From: an archaeon
GTDB lineage: Archaea > Micrarchaeota > Micrarchaeia > Anstonellales > Anstonellaceae
Assembly (NCBI GenBank): GCA_020056635.1
Contig: JAGVHI010000024.1
Coordinates: 2,317-66,316, forward strand
Length of the DNA stretch: 64,000 nucleotides
Direction of reading: 5' to 3'
The notes below the pieces were generated by a model. It searched no databases, was not told the origin of the DNA, and saw only the letters and a program-made list of their open reading frames with translations. Within the stretch, counting starts at the first letter, position 1; each line of letters starts with the position of its first letter. The translations under genes and the position numbers were made by a program. This document shows positions 29,873 through 39,097 of the stretch, piece after piece.

Positions 29873-31135
29873 ATGGGAAAAACATCCGCTGTTTCAGGAT
29901 TTTATAAGCTATCGGCAGCGGAACGGCTGGGGATAGTTGCGGAGTTTGCAAACCTGAATGAGGTGGAGAGGAAAGCGGTTGAGGGGGCTGCTGGCTTGAG
30001 CTTGGCTGCCGCGGACAGGATGAGCGAGAATGTGGTTGGGGTGTTCGGGCTCCCGCTTGCGTTTGCAAGCAATTTCCTGATTGATGGGAAGGAATATTTT
30101 GTGCCTATGGCTATTGAGGAGCCTTCCGTAGTTGCTGCGGCTTCGAATGGCGCGAGGTTGGCAAGGCCCGGGGGGTTTGCCACCAGTGCGAGCGAGCCTG
30201 TGATGAGGGGGCAGGTGCAGCTCGTGTGCAATGATGCAAGCGGGGCGGTGCGGGAGCTGGAGAAAAAAAGGAAGGAGATTGAAAAGGTTGCAAAAGAGAA
30301 TGCTAAAGGGATTGAGCAGTTTGGCGGGGGAGTGAGGGGAATAGAGTTCGGGAAGCTCAAAACAAGCAGGGGAACAGTTGCAACTGCAATCATATTTGTC
30401 GATTGCAGGGATGCGATGGGAGCAAACACGGTGAATACCATTTGCGAAGCGGTCGGGGCGGAGATGGAACAGGTTGCGGGAGGAAAGGCGCGGCTGCGGA
30501 TAATTTCAAACCTTGCAACCGAGAGAACTGTGCGCGCAAAATGCGCATGGAAAAAGGAAGCGGTAGGGGAAGAAGAGATTGAGGGGATTTTGGATGCATA
30601 TGCGTTTGCGGCTGCGGATGTGTATAGGGCTTGCACGCACAATAAAGGGATAATGAACGGGATTGACGCTGTTGCGGTGGCTACCGGGAACGATTGGAGG
30701 GCTGTGGAAGCCGGGGCGCATGCTTATGCGTCCCTTTCTGGGAAGTATATGCCGCTTACGAAATATGAGAAAATGAAAAATGGGGATTTGCTTGGGAGCA
30801 TTGAATTGCCCATTGCAGTAGGGTTGGTTGGAGGCGCAACTAAAACGCATCCTGCAGCGAGGGCTTGTGTGAAGGTGCTTGGGGTGAAAACTGCCAGCGA
30901 GCTTGCAAGAGTGATGGCTGCAGTCGGGCTTGCGCAGAACTTTGCTGCATTGCGCGCGCTTTCAGGCGAGGGGATACAGAAGGGGCATATGAGGCTGCAT
31001 GCAAAGAACCTTGCAGTGATGGCAGGCGCGAATGAAGGGGAGATTGGGAAGGTTGCAAATAGAATGGAAGGGAGTGGAGAGGCAACGCTTGAGGGCGCAA
31101 AAAAAGCGCTTTTGGAAATAAGGGGAGAAAAATGA
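29873..31135 (+). CDS. mvaA: HMG-CoA reductase, class II (MvaA type)
   Basis: ENVVG, EEPSVVAA, DAMGAN, HNKGIMNG, GNDWRA, GIQKGHMRLH. Confidence 0.93.
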   Translation: MGKTSAVSGFYKLSAAERLGIVAEFANLNEVERKAVEGAAGLSLAAADRMSENVVGVFGLPLAFASNFLIDGKEYFVPMAIEEPSVVAAASNGARLARPGGFATSASEPVMRGQVQLVCNDASGAVRELEKKRKEIEKVAKENAKGIEQFGGGVRGIEFGKLKTSRGTVATAIIFVDCRDAMGANTVNTICEAVGAEMEQVAGGKARLRIISNLATERTVRAKCAWKKEAVGEEEIEGILDAYAFAAADVYRACTHNKGIMNGIDAVAVATGNDWRAVEAGAHAYASLSGKYMPLTKYEKMKNGDLLGSIELPIAVGLVGGATKTHPAARACVKVLGVKTASELARVMAAVGLAQNFAALRALSGEGIQKGHMRLHAKNLAVMAGANEGEIGKVANRMEGSGEATLEGAKKALLEIRGEK

Positions 31136-32157
31136 TTCTTGAGATGGCAGTCGTATTGGCAACAGGCTTCCTGATCACGCTAGTATCGGTGAAAAAAATA
31201 ATCCCTAAAATGGTCGCTGCGGGGATTGTCGGGCGCGATGTCAACAAGCCGGAGAGGCCGCATGTTGCGGAAATGGGAGGGGTTGCGATAGTGATGGGGT
31301 TTGTTGGGGCAGTGCTGCTTGCGATTGCGATGCATGAGACGCTTGGGATTGGCGCGGTTGTTGCAAACGAGATTGGGGTCAAGGCAGTGGCGCTCCGGTT
31401 TGATTTGGTTTCGGTGCTTGCTGCGATGGTCACGGTGCTCATTGTCGCGCTCGTTGGGGTATTTGATGATTTGTTCAATATGGCGCAAAGGACAAAGGCG
31501 CTGCTGCCGATTGTGGCTGCGATTCCGCTTATTGCGGTGCAGTTCACAAGCTCAAGCGCAATCAGCTTCCCGTTCGTAGGGATGGTTGATTTTGGGATAG
31601 TGTATTTCGTCATTCTCATTCCGCTTGCGATTACAGTGTGCTCGAACCTCACGAACATGCTTGCGGGATTCAACGGGCTGGAGGCAGGGATGGGAAGCGT
31701 GATGTTTGTTGCAATCCTGGCGTTGGCCATTGCCTCAGGCTCGGTTGCGATGGGAGTGCTTTCCGCCGCAATGCTGGGGGCGCTGCTTGCATTCCTGCTC
31801 TTCAACTGGTTCCCTGCAAAAGTGTTCATGGGGGACATTGGGACGCTGTCAATTGGCACTGTGGCTGCCACGGCGGTGATTATCGGGAATTACAAGGTTG
31901 CAGGGGTGATAATGTTCGCCCCGTATGTGGTGGATTTCGCGATAAAAGCAATCAATCGGTTCCCGAGCGCCAATTGGTGGGGGGAGCCTAAGGGCGGGAA
32001 GCTCTTTGCCCCTGAGGGGCGGGCGAGGGGGCTGTGCCAGCTTATAATGAAAAAAATGAATGGCATAAGCGAGAGGAACCTTGTGCTGCTCCTAATAGCG
32101 GTTGAGATGGTGTTTGCAGCGGTTGCGCTTGCATTGTACCTTCCGAGAGTGGTTTGA
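31132..32157 (+). CDS. UDP-GlcNAc:dolichyl-phosphate GlcNAc-1-P transferase (AglH/MraY-like)
   Basis: GRDVNK....VAEMGG, GVFDD, NLTNMLAGFNGLE, FNWFPAKVFMGD.G. Confidence 0.9.
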   Translation: MILEMAVVLATGFLITLVSVKKIIPKMVAAGIVGRDVNKPERPHVAEMGGVAIVMGFVGAVLLAIAMHETLGIGAVVANEIGVKAVALRFDLVSVLAAMVTVLIVALVGVFDDLFNMAQRTKALLPIVAAIPLIAVQFTSSSAISFPFVGMVDFGIVYFVILIPLAITVCSNLTNMLAGFNGLEAGMGSVMFVAILALAIASGSVAMGVLSAAMLGALLAFLLFNWFPAKVFMGDIGTLSIGTVAATAVIIGNYKVAGVIMFAPYVVDFAIKAINRFPSANWWGEPKGGKLFAPEGRARGLCQLIMKKMNGISERNLVLLLIAVEMVFAAVALALYLPRVV

Positions 32158-33042
32158 ATGATTCTTGTGACTGGCGGGTCCGGGTTCATTGGCACGCACC
32201 TTGTGCGCGAGCTTTGCAGGAAGGGGGAAGCGGTGCGGAACATGGATATCAGGAAGCCAAAAGAGCAGAATGGGGAGTATTTCAAAGGGGATGTGAGAAA
32301 AGGGAAAGATTGTGAGCTGGCTTGCGAGGGGTGCGGAACTGTGATGCACCTTGCGGCGATTGCGGATGTGGCGGCATCGATTGCAGACCCGGCCGGGAAT
32401 TTCCAAACCAATGCGGTTGGGACTGTGAGGATGGTTGAGGCTGCAAAAAATGCTGGAGTGAAAAGGTTTGTGTATGCGTCTTCGGCAGCGGTTTACGGCC
32501 CGCCTCATTCGCTTCCAATATCAGAGAGCCACCCGGCCAACCCGATTTCGCCCTACGGGCTCTCAAAACTGGCTGCGGAAAAATTCGTGCTCATGCATCC
32601 TGCTGCGGGTCCGGAGCCAGTTGCGCTGAGGTATTTTAACGTGTACGGCCCGGGGCAGGACCCACAGAGCCCTTATTCAGGAGTGATGACCAAGTTTGCA
32701 GATGCGATAAGGAAGGGGGAGGGGATCACTGTTTTTGGGGATGGGCTGCAGACTAGGGATTTTGTGCATGTGGCCGATGTGGTGCAGGCAACCATGCTTG
32801 CGGCATCCGCAAAGGGGTGCGTGGGGAAAGCGGTGAATATTGGCTCGGGAAAGGAGGTTTCAATCGGCGGGATGGCAAGAATGATGATTGGGGCGTCAGG
32901 GAAGAAAATTGGAATAAATTATGAGCCGAAAAGGAGCGGGGACATTGAAAAGAGCGTAGCGGATGTTTCGCTTGCGAAAAACTGCCTCGGGTTCGAGCCT
33001 AAAATGGCATTTGAGAAGGGTGTTTCGCAGCTCCTGCAATAG
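32158..33042 (+). CDS. NAD-dependent sugar epimerase/dehydratase (GalE-like)
   Basis: TGGSGFIG, SSAAVYG, YGLSK, LRYFNVYGP, GDG.QTRDF. Confidence 0.92.
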   Translation: MILVTGGSGFIGTHLVRELCRKGEAVRNMDIRKPKEQNGEYFKGDVRKGKDCELACEGCGTVMHLAAIADVAASIADPAGNFQTNAVGTVRMVEAAKNAGVKRFVYASSAAVYGPPHSLPISESHPANPISPYGLSKLAAEKFVLMHPAAGPEPVALRYFNVYGPGQDPQSPYSGVMTKFADAIRKGEGITVFGDGLQTRDFVHVADVVQATMLAASAKGCVGKAVNIGSGKEVSIGGMARMMIGASGKKIGINYEPKRSGDIEKSVADVSLAKNCLGFEPKMAFEKGVSQLLQ

Positions 33043-33049
33043 CGCGCGG

Positions 33050-33769
33050 CTATTTCTTTGAGTGGTGGTGCAGCGCAATATCCAGGATGCTGATTGTCTT
33101 GTGGATGCTCTCGTAATCCTCCATGCGCCCTATGTCCACCCAGTAGCTGTCAAACACGTAGGAGTTTATGTCCTTCTTGGCTGAGAGGAGGGAGGGGAAG
33201 ACGTTTTTTGCAAAATCATCCTTTGGCTTTATGTAGTCTAATATTTCCGGCTCGAATGCGTAAACCCCGGCATTCACAAGGTTCTCAACTATCGGCTTTT
33301 CTGAAAAGTCGCTTATTTTCCCGTCAGGGCGCAGGTGCGCTATCCCGTAATCAAGCGGGACGCCGGTTTTCTTGAGCCCTATTGTCGCAATGCACCCGGA
33401 TTTCTTGTGGCAGGATAAAAGCTCACTTATGCTCACGTTTGTCAGGTGGTCGCCCATAACCACCACGAAGGTGCCCGTTGCCATGCCCTTTTTTGCAAGT
33501 ATCGCACCTGCGGTGTTCTGCTCCTCATTTTCCTTCGAGTATGTTATTTTCACCCCGAATTTCGAGCCGTCGCCAAAGTGCGAAATTATCTGTTCTGAGA
33601 GGTAGCCCACCGCGAGCACTAGGTCAGTGACTCCGCTGTTTGCGAGGTTCCCGATTACGAATTCAAGAATCGGCCTTTTCCCAAGCGGAAGCATGGGTTT
33701 GGGTATCGAATAGGTGTAAGGCCTAAGGCGCGTACCCTTCCCGCCGCACAGCACGAATGCAATTGTCAT
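33050..33769 (-). CDS. Sugar-phosphate nucleotidyltransferase
   Basis: GGKGTRLRP.T..PKPM, F.EKP, NAGVY, YW.DIG. Confidence 0.92.
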   Translation of the reverse strand: MTIAFVLCGGKGTRLRPYTYSIPKPMLPLGKRPILEFVIGNLANSGVTDLVLAVGYLSEQIISHFGDGSKFGVKITYSKENEEQNTAGAILAKKGMATGTFVVVMGDHLTNVSISELLSCHKKSGCIATIGLKKTGVPLDYGIAHLRPDGKISDFSEKPIVENLVNAGVYAFEPEILDYIKPKDDFAKNVFPSLLSAKKDINSYVFDSYWVDIGRMEDYESIHKTISILDIALHHHSKK

Positions 33770-33834
33770 TTTCTCACCACGCTATGTGTTTGGTTGGGAG
33801 TATTTTTTATTTAATACTCCTAGGTATGGCTCCC

Positions 33835-35190
33835 TTAAGAAGAGCGAAGCATTGATTCTACTTTTTTCTTGTAAAAGAGCATGAGCTTTTCAGCCTCGCG
33901 CGGGGTTTTTGCCTCTGCAAAAACACGGATATAGTTTTCTGTGCCAGAGGCGCGGATTATCGCCCATGAATCTTCGAAATTGATGCGCACCCCGTCAGTC
34001 AGGTCAAGCTTCCCGGCTTTTACCATTTTTGGTAGATTGGAGATTATTTTCCCTTTCTGCTCGGGCTTGGCAGGGAGCTTGCATTTTGAATTGTAGTAGA
34101 GTGGGATTTGCGATAGGAGATGGGAGAGGGGCTTGTCGCAAACAGCCTGCGCAGCCATTGCAGCCGAGTAAATCCCATCCTTTGCAAGCGAGAAGTCCGA
34201 CCAGATGACTCCGCCCACTTCCTCGCCGCCCATCACGGCATTCTCGCGCAGCACTGCCTCGGAAATGTATGGGGCGCCCACGCCCACGTAAATTGTTTGA
34301 ACGCCGGATTCTTTTGCCACATCCTCCACCGCGCGGCTCGTGGAAACTGTGTTCACTATTTTTCCTTTCCGTTTTTGGAGCATGAGCATTGCGGAGAGCG
34401 CAAATACCCGGTCGCCAACAACCCACTCGCCCTTTTCATCCACGTACACCACGCGGTCCGCATCCCCGTCCCATGCTACGCCCATGTCAAACCCGCCCTC
34501 GCGCATGAGCGCAATAAGGTCCGATACGTTGTCGCGGATTGGCTCTGAGTTCCTGCCCGGGAAAGTGCCATCGAGCTGGGAATTGAGCACCGTGAGCTGG
34601 CACCCGAGCGCGGCGAAAAGCTTTGGGGCGACGAGAGTGGACGTCCCGTTGCCCGGGTCAAGCGCAAGCCTAAGCTTGCGTTTTTTGAATTTTGGGACAT
34701 TGAGCCTGGAGAGTATTGCCGCAATGTAGGAATCGATTGTATCAGTGCGCACAGTATGCTTCCCTATTTCATTCCAGTTCACTGGCGGATGCTCAAGGTA
34801 TTTTTCTATCTCGTGCCCGGTTTCGCGCGAAACGGATACGCCGTTTCCAGCCACGAACTTGAGTGCGTTCCACTCAGGGGGGTTGTGCGATGCGGTTACG
34901 ATGATTAGCCCGTCCGCCTGCGTGTGCTTGAGCATCCACTCCGCAGTTGGGGAGGGGCAGATGCCGATTTCTATCGCATTTGCGCCGCCTGAGAGAACGC
35001 CTGCGATTGATGCCTGGGTGAGCGCGGTTCCTGTTAGCCGCATGTCACGGGCAATAAGTAGGGAGGGGTTTGTTTTCTGCACCTTTAGCGCGGTCCAGAA
35101 GGCAAAAGCCTTGCAGAGCTTTGCTGCAAGCTCGACTGTGAGCTCGTCGAACTTCCCGCGCACGCCGTTGGTTCCGAAGTAGTTTGGCAT
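33835..35190 (-). CDS. Phosphoglucosamine/phosphomannomutase
   Basis: FGTNGVRG, TASHNP, DGDADR, GGEE.GG, RASGTE..R; start re-assigned to 35190. Confidence 0.93.
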   Translation of the reverse strand: MPNYFGTNGVRGKFDELTVELAAKLCKAFAFWTALKVQKTNPSLLIARDMRLTGTALTQASIAGVLSGGANAIEIGICPSPTAEWMLKHTQADGLIIVTASHNPPEWNALKFVAGNGVSVSRETGHEIEKYLEHPPVNWNEIGKHTVRTDTIDSYIAAILSRLNVPKFKKRKLRLALDPGNGTSTLVAPKLFAALGCQLTVLNSQLDGTFPGRNSEPIRDNVSDLIALMREGGFDMGVAWDGDADRVVYVDEKGEWVVGDRVFALSAMLMLQKRKGKIVNTVSTSRAVEDVAKESGVQTIYVGVGAPYISEAVLRENAVMGGEEVGGVIWSDFSLAKDGIYSAAMAAQAVCDKPLSHLLSQIPLYYNSKCKLPAKPEQKGKIISNLPKMVKAGKLDLTDGVRINFEDSWAIIRASGTENYIRVFAEAKTPREAEKLMLFYKKKVESMLRSS

Positions 35191-35253
35191 AGGACCAGCA
35201 GTAGGTTCGTTCGAGGGGGAAATTAAAAAAGGTTGGCAAGCAGGAAAGAGTAC

Positions 35254-35538
35254 ATGGCATTTGAGGATGGTTGGTGGCTGAAAAGGCATTCCAAAGAGAC
35301 ATTTAGCATCCTATCAACTCTATACCTGGGGATTATTCTATTCAGCGTTATGAGCAACATCGTGCCAGAGCCTGGAGACAGGGATTTTTACAACGGCCTG
35401 TTTGGGGATGGGATCAGGCTGGTTGCAGGCGACCCGTTTATCAGAGCGCCTTTGGCAATTCTCGTTTGGGGGGCTTGTATGTATCTCCTCTGGTTCCGCA
35501 AAAAAGAGAATCGCATTGTGGAGTGGAAACCAAGCTGA
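35254..35538 (+). CDS. Hypothetical small membrane protein
   Basis: Two TM-like segments. Confidence 0.5.
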   Translation: MAFEDGWWLKRHSKETFSILSTLYLGIILFSVMSNIVPEPGDRDFYNGLFGDGIRLVAGDPFIRAPLAILVWGACMYLLWFRKKENRIVEWKPS

Positions 35539-35566
35539 AGGAAGCCCAGCGCATTGCCAGGGAATT

Positions 35567-36028
35567 TTACTTTGAGCCGCTGGGCCCGTCCGCCAGAACC
35601 TTAGCATTCGCGGCCCAGCCGAAATCTTCCCTAGCAAGCGCCTCATTCAACGCCCAGAGGACATTATATGGGCTTGCCCTTGCATCCTCAACAGGCACAG
35701 GCTTCCACCCATTTTTCTTGCCGTCTTCCTCAAGCGCAAATTCCCATTTCCCTTCCTGGGTGCGCATCAGGATTTCGTGCGTTTCGTACATCTGCTCTTC
35801 AACAACGCTCAATCCAGGCCAGCCCCCGGCCGCAGTAACTTCACCGACTTGCACTCGCCTGATTACTGCAGGCTTTCCGTCCCCGCTGGCGCCTATTGCG
35901 GCGCTAGTTGGGCGTATGATTAGGCTCCTGCGAAGCGGCCCAAGGTCAGGTTTCGTTATCCTTGTTCCGGCCCCAGTAAGGGCTTTTGCAGTTGTAACCA
36001 TCACATCAGTAGGACTTGGGCCTCCCAT
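35567..36028 (-). CDS. Hypothetical protein
   Basis: 153-aa ATG ORF filling the gap; no recognisable motif. Confidence 0.5.
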   Translation of the reverse strand: MGGPSPTDVMVTTAKALTGAGTRITKPDLGPLRRSLIIRPTSAAIGASGDGKPAVIRRVQVGEVTAAGGWPGLSVVEEQMYETHEILMRTQEGKWEFALEEDGKKNGWKPVPVEDARASPYNVLWALNEALAREDFGWAANAKVLADGPSGSK

Positions 36029-36146
36029 AAAATCACTTCGTTGTTCTGGGAATTGGTGCTAATAAAGAGTTGTCACGAAAATAAGCCCTAAGCCCCGGAG
36101 CGATATCGACATCCTTTTTATCCCCGCGCCCGCAAACTAAACTGCC

Positions 36147-36318
36147 TGCCCCTGTAGCAGGGCCTTTCTTTTCCTCCGGAAAAGAAACCCCCGAGAAAGA
36201 AAAGAACCATGACCGCGAAAAATATCCGCTTTTCGAGCAGGTTTTTTCGCCCAAGAAAATCGCCATGTCATTAGCTTTTTTATCTCTCGTCTCGAAATCA
36301 GAGTTATGCCCCTGTAGC
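36147..36318 (+). mobile_element. 160-nt Y-R-mirror-R element between 12-bp direct repeats of the tRNA-Thr 5' end (probable intron at 11/12)
   Basis: TGCCCCTGTAGC at 36147-36158 and 36307-36318; internal sequence homologous to the Tyr and Ala T-loop introns. Confidence 0.7.
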
Positions 36319-36403
36319 TCAGCAGCAGAGCGCCTGTCTTGTAAGAGCATAACGCCCAATTCAGGAAAACAGGAGGTCGCGAGTGCAATCCTCGCCGGGG
36401 GCT
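36308..36403 (+). tRNA. tRNA-Thr(TGT) with 24-nt intron at 37/38 (36344-36367); may start at 36148 if the upstream element is an intron
   Basis: Acceptor GCCCCTG/CGGGGGC+T, CCTGT-CT-TGT-A|..|A-ACAGG, BHB CTTG/CAGG, T arm GCGAG-TGCAATC-CTCGC. Confidence 0.9.
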
Positions 36404-36466
36404 TGCTATTTATTAAAAAGGTTGATGGATAAAGGGGATTAAGATAACGTCTAGAGTTGGTTTTGG

Positions 36467-36619
36467 ATGGGAAAATTTGCGGAAGCTGACGCGGAAATCG
36501 CAAAAATCTTCATTTGCAAGAAGTGCAAGGGGCGGAACAAGGCAGGCGTGGCGCACTGCAGAAGGTGCGGCTACAAGGCGCTGCGGCCCAAGAGAAGGGA
36601 AATCCGCGCAAAGAAGTGA
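36467..36619 (+). CDS. rpl40e: 50S ribosomal protein L40e
   Basis: Hand translation MGKFAEADAEIAKIFICKKCKGRNKAGVAHCRRCGYKALRPKRREIRAKK (below the ORF-track cutoff). Confidence 0.93.
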   Translation: MGKFAEADAEIAKIFICKKCKGRNKAGVAHCRRCGYKALRPKRREIRAKK

Positions 36620-36634
36620 GCAGGAAGCGTTTGT

Positions 36635-37387
36635 ATGGCAGGCGCAAGCGGGAGCAAGAGGGAAGGGCTGCCTACTTCCATTGCAGGGGTCGGTAGCACT
36701 GAGGGGCAGGAGCAGCCTTTTGCAATCCCCAACTTTGCGGATTACCTTTCACCCGAGGCCAGGAAATGGGCCAGGATTTTTTTCTCTAGCGTAGGGATTG
36801 TGCTCTCATTGCTCGGCTTTGTAGGCACAGTGGTTGCATACCTTTTTCTTTCATCTGCTGCCTCGAGCACTGAAAAGATAGTGCTTGGGCAGTTGGACGG
36901 GGCGGTTGCGTCGCTCTCTGATTTGGAGATATCCCTTGCGAACCTAGAGGGCGTGAAAGGCGATGCGACCAACATGACCGGCTCGATTGCGGCCTCTTTC
37001 CGAGGCTATTCCACTGCAACTTCGGGCATAGCAGACTCGCTTTCCGGGGTTGCAGACTCGCTTTCCGGAATTCCGCTTGCAGGGGCGGCGCTTGATTCAC
37101 AGGTAAGCGATATTCAGGAAAAGGCGCAGACGCTAAAGGACTCGGCACAAAGCATGTCTGATGCGGCAAATTCCGCGGAAAGCGCAGGTGGCAAGATAGG
37201 TGCAACATTCGACGGAGTATCGAACGCCCGCTCGGATATTGGGGCGATGATTGACAATTTGGAGAGGGCGAGGGGGGAAATCCGCTCTACGTTCGGGCTG
37301 CTCTCGGCTGCAATGCTTGCCGGGATGGTCGTGCTCATGCTGCTTTTCGCGTCAGTTGGGAGCGCGTGCCTTGCGGCACTTTTATGA
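36635..37387 (+). CDS. Membrane protein with Ser/Ala-rich helical ectodomain
   Basis: TM - heptad-like helical region - TM. Confidence 0.7.
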   Translation: MAGASGSKREGLPTSIAGVGSTEGQEQPFAIPNFADYLSPEARKWARIFFSSVGIVLSLLGFVGTVVAYLFLSSAASSTEKIVLGQLDGAVASLSDLEISLANLEGVKGDATNMTGSIAASFRGYSTATSGIADSLSGVADSLSGIPLAGAALDSQVSDIQEKAQTLKDSAQSMSDAANSAESAGGKIGATFDGVSNARSDIGAMIDNLERARGEIRSTFGLLSAAMLAGMVVLMLLFASVGSACLAALL

Positions 37388-37419
37388 AAGCTTTTTATAG
37401 CCAGCTAGTGTAAATTTTG

Positions 37420-37983
37420 ATGATGCGAATGGCATACGCGAAGGCTGTTGCACTGTGTCTTCTTGCGATTGGGATTCTTTTTGCTGCAATTGATGTCACC
37501 CCAGCGTCGCTTTCGGTCGACCCTCCCCCGCTCACAGGGATGAGAAGCGTGATCAAAACAGTCATTCAGAATACCGGAGCGGATGCGGCAGGCCAATTCA
37601 TGGTGTGCTTGAATATTGATGGGAGGCAGTATGCCGCGCTCCCTGTCGAGAAGCTTGCGGCGGGCGCAAAGACAGAGGTTTCGGCGTTCTGGTGGCCGCA
37701 GCAGCACAATTTGGGGAAAAGGAGCGTTCAAGTGGTTTTGGACTGCACAAGGAAACTATCAGAGTCGAACAAGGGGAACAATGAGAAAAGCATCCCAATA
37801 ACCGTGAATGAGGGGACTAGCGAGGGGAAGGAAAGCTCGATCAACTATGACAGGAGGAGCCAGAGCATAAGCAACAATCTTCTCATGGCGATCACTACCA
37901 CGCCCCAGGGGCTGCTTGCATTCATAGGGGTCTGCGCAACTGCAGTGCTGATTTTCGTGTTCCTTTCAAGAAGGCAGGAATAG
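37420..37983 (+). CDS. Surface protein with CARDB (Ig-like) domain
   Basis: Signal peptide, I.N.G...A..F.V, L.AG....V...W, ESNKGNN, C-terminal TM anchor. Confidence 0.75.
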   Translation: MMRMAYAKAVALCLLAIGILFAAIDVTPASLSVDPPPLTGMRSVIKTVIQNTGADAAGQFMVCLNIDGRQYAALPVEKLAAGAKTEVSAFWWPQQHNLGKRSVQVVLDCTRKLSESNKGNNEKSIPITVNEGTSEGKESSINYDRRSQSISNNLLMAITTTPQGLLAFIGVCATAVLIFVFLSRRQE

Positions 37984-38052
37984 GAGCATTGCTCATTATT
38001 ATAAGATTTGTTCCCGATAGCAGTGCATCTAGTTTAGCATGAGGTGGATAGC

Positions 38053-39051
38053 ATGCCAGTTAGAATTGGAATAAATGGGTTTGGCAGGATTGGAAGGTGC
38101 GCGCTCAAGATTGCGCTTGCGAAGGGTGCGCAGGTAGTTGCGATAAACGATTTGGGGGATAATAAGACTCTCGCGCACCTGCTGTCGCATGATACCAATT
38201 ACGGGGCGTATGGAAAAAAAGTCACCTATGATGAAAACAATTTGATTGTGGACGGGAAGAAAATCAGGAAATTTGCCGAGAAAGAGCCGGCGAACATCCC
38301 TTGGAAAGAGGTTGGCGCGGATGTGGTGCTTGAGTGCACGGGCAAATACACAGATGCAGCGGGAGCTGGGTTGCATTTGAAAGGGGGAGCGAAGAGGGTG
38401 CTAATTTCAGCTCCTCCGAAAGGGAGCGATGTCGGAACGTATGTGCTCTCAGTGAACGGGGATAAGCTCAAGGGGGACAAGAAAGGCGTGGTTTCGTGCG
38501 CTTCGTGCACCACGAACTGCATAGCCCCTGTGATGCAGGTGCTGCACAATAAGTTTGGGGTGAAAAAGGCAATGATGACCACCGTGCATGCGTATACCGG
38601 GGACCAGAGGCTGCTTGACGGGACACACAAAGACTTGAGAAGGGCGAGGGCGGCTGCGGAGAACATCGTGCCGACCAGCACCGGGGCTGCAATTTCAACC
38701 ACTGAAGTGATACCTGATTTGAAGGGGAAGTTTGACGGGCTTGCGCTGCGCGTGCCGGTGAGCGTGGTATCGCTCTCGGATATTACTGCGCTTATGGACA
38801 GGAAAGTGACAGTCGAGGAAATCAACAAGGCGTTTGAGGAAGCGGCGGCGTCGCCCCAATTCAAGGGAATACTAGGGGTGACCAAAGAGCCTCTTGTGAG
38901 CTCGGATTTCAAGGGAAGTGAGTTTTCAACTGTCGTGGATTTGCCCCTGACAAAAGTTGTGGATGGGGATTTGGTGAAAGTGATTGCGTGGTATGATAAT
39001 GAGTGGGGCTACACCTGCAGGCTGATTGAGGAAGCGATGATGCTTGGGTAG
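38053..39051 (+). CDS. gap: Glyceraldehyde-3-phosphate dehydrogenase, class I (bacterial type)
   Basis: GINGFGRIGR, SCASCTTNC, RRARAAA.NIVPTSTGAA, WYDNEWGY. Confidence 0.97.
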   Translation: MPVRIGINGFGRIGRCALKIALAKGAQVVAINDLGDNKTLAHLLSHDTNYGAYGKKVTYDENNLIVDGKKIRKFAEKEPANIPWKEVGADVVLECTGKYTDAAGAGLHLKGGAKRVLISAPPKGSDVGTYVLSVNGDKLKGDKKGVVSCASCTTNCIAPVMQVLHNKFGVKKAMMTTVHAYTGDQRLLDGTHKDLRRARAAAENIVPTSTGAAISTTEVIPDLKGKFDGLALRVPVSVVSLSDITALMDRKVTVEEINKAFEEAAASPQFKGILGVTKEPLVSSDFKGSEFSTVVDLPLTKVVDGDLVKVIAWYDNEWGYTCRLIEEAMMLG

Positions 39052-39097
39052 CTGCAATTGCAAGGGCAATAAGGGGGCTGCGAACAATATGTGCGCC

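Noticed and set aside
36159..36318. Classical IS/MITE or simple intrinsic terminator
   Set aside because: No terminal inverted repeats beyond 3-4 bp and no transposase in the window; homologous copies lie inside transcribed tRNAs with BHB ends, and the hairpin is followed by purines rather than a U-tract
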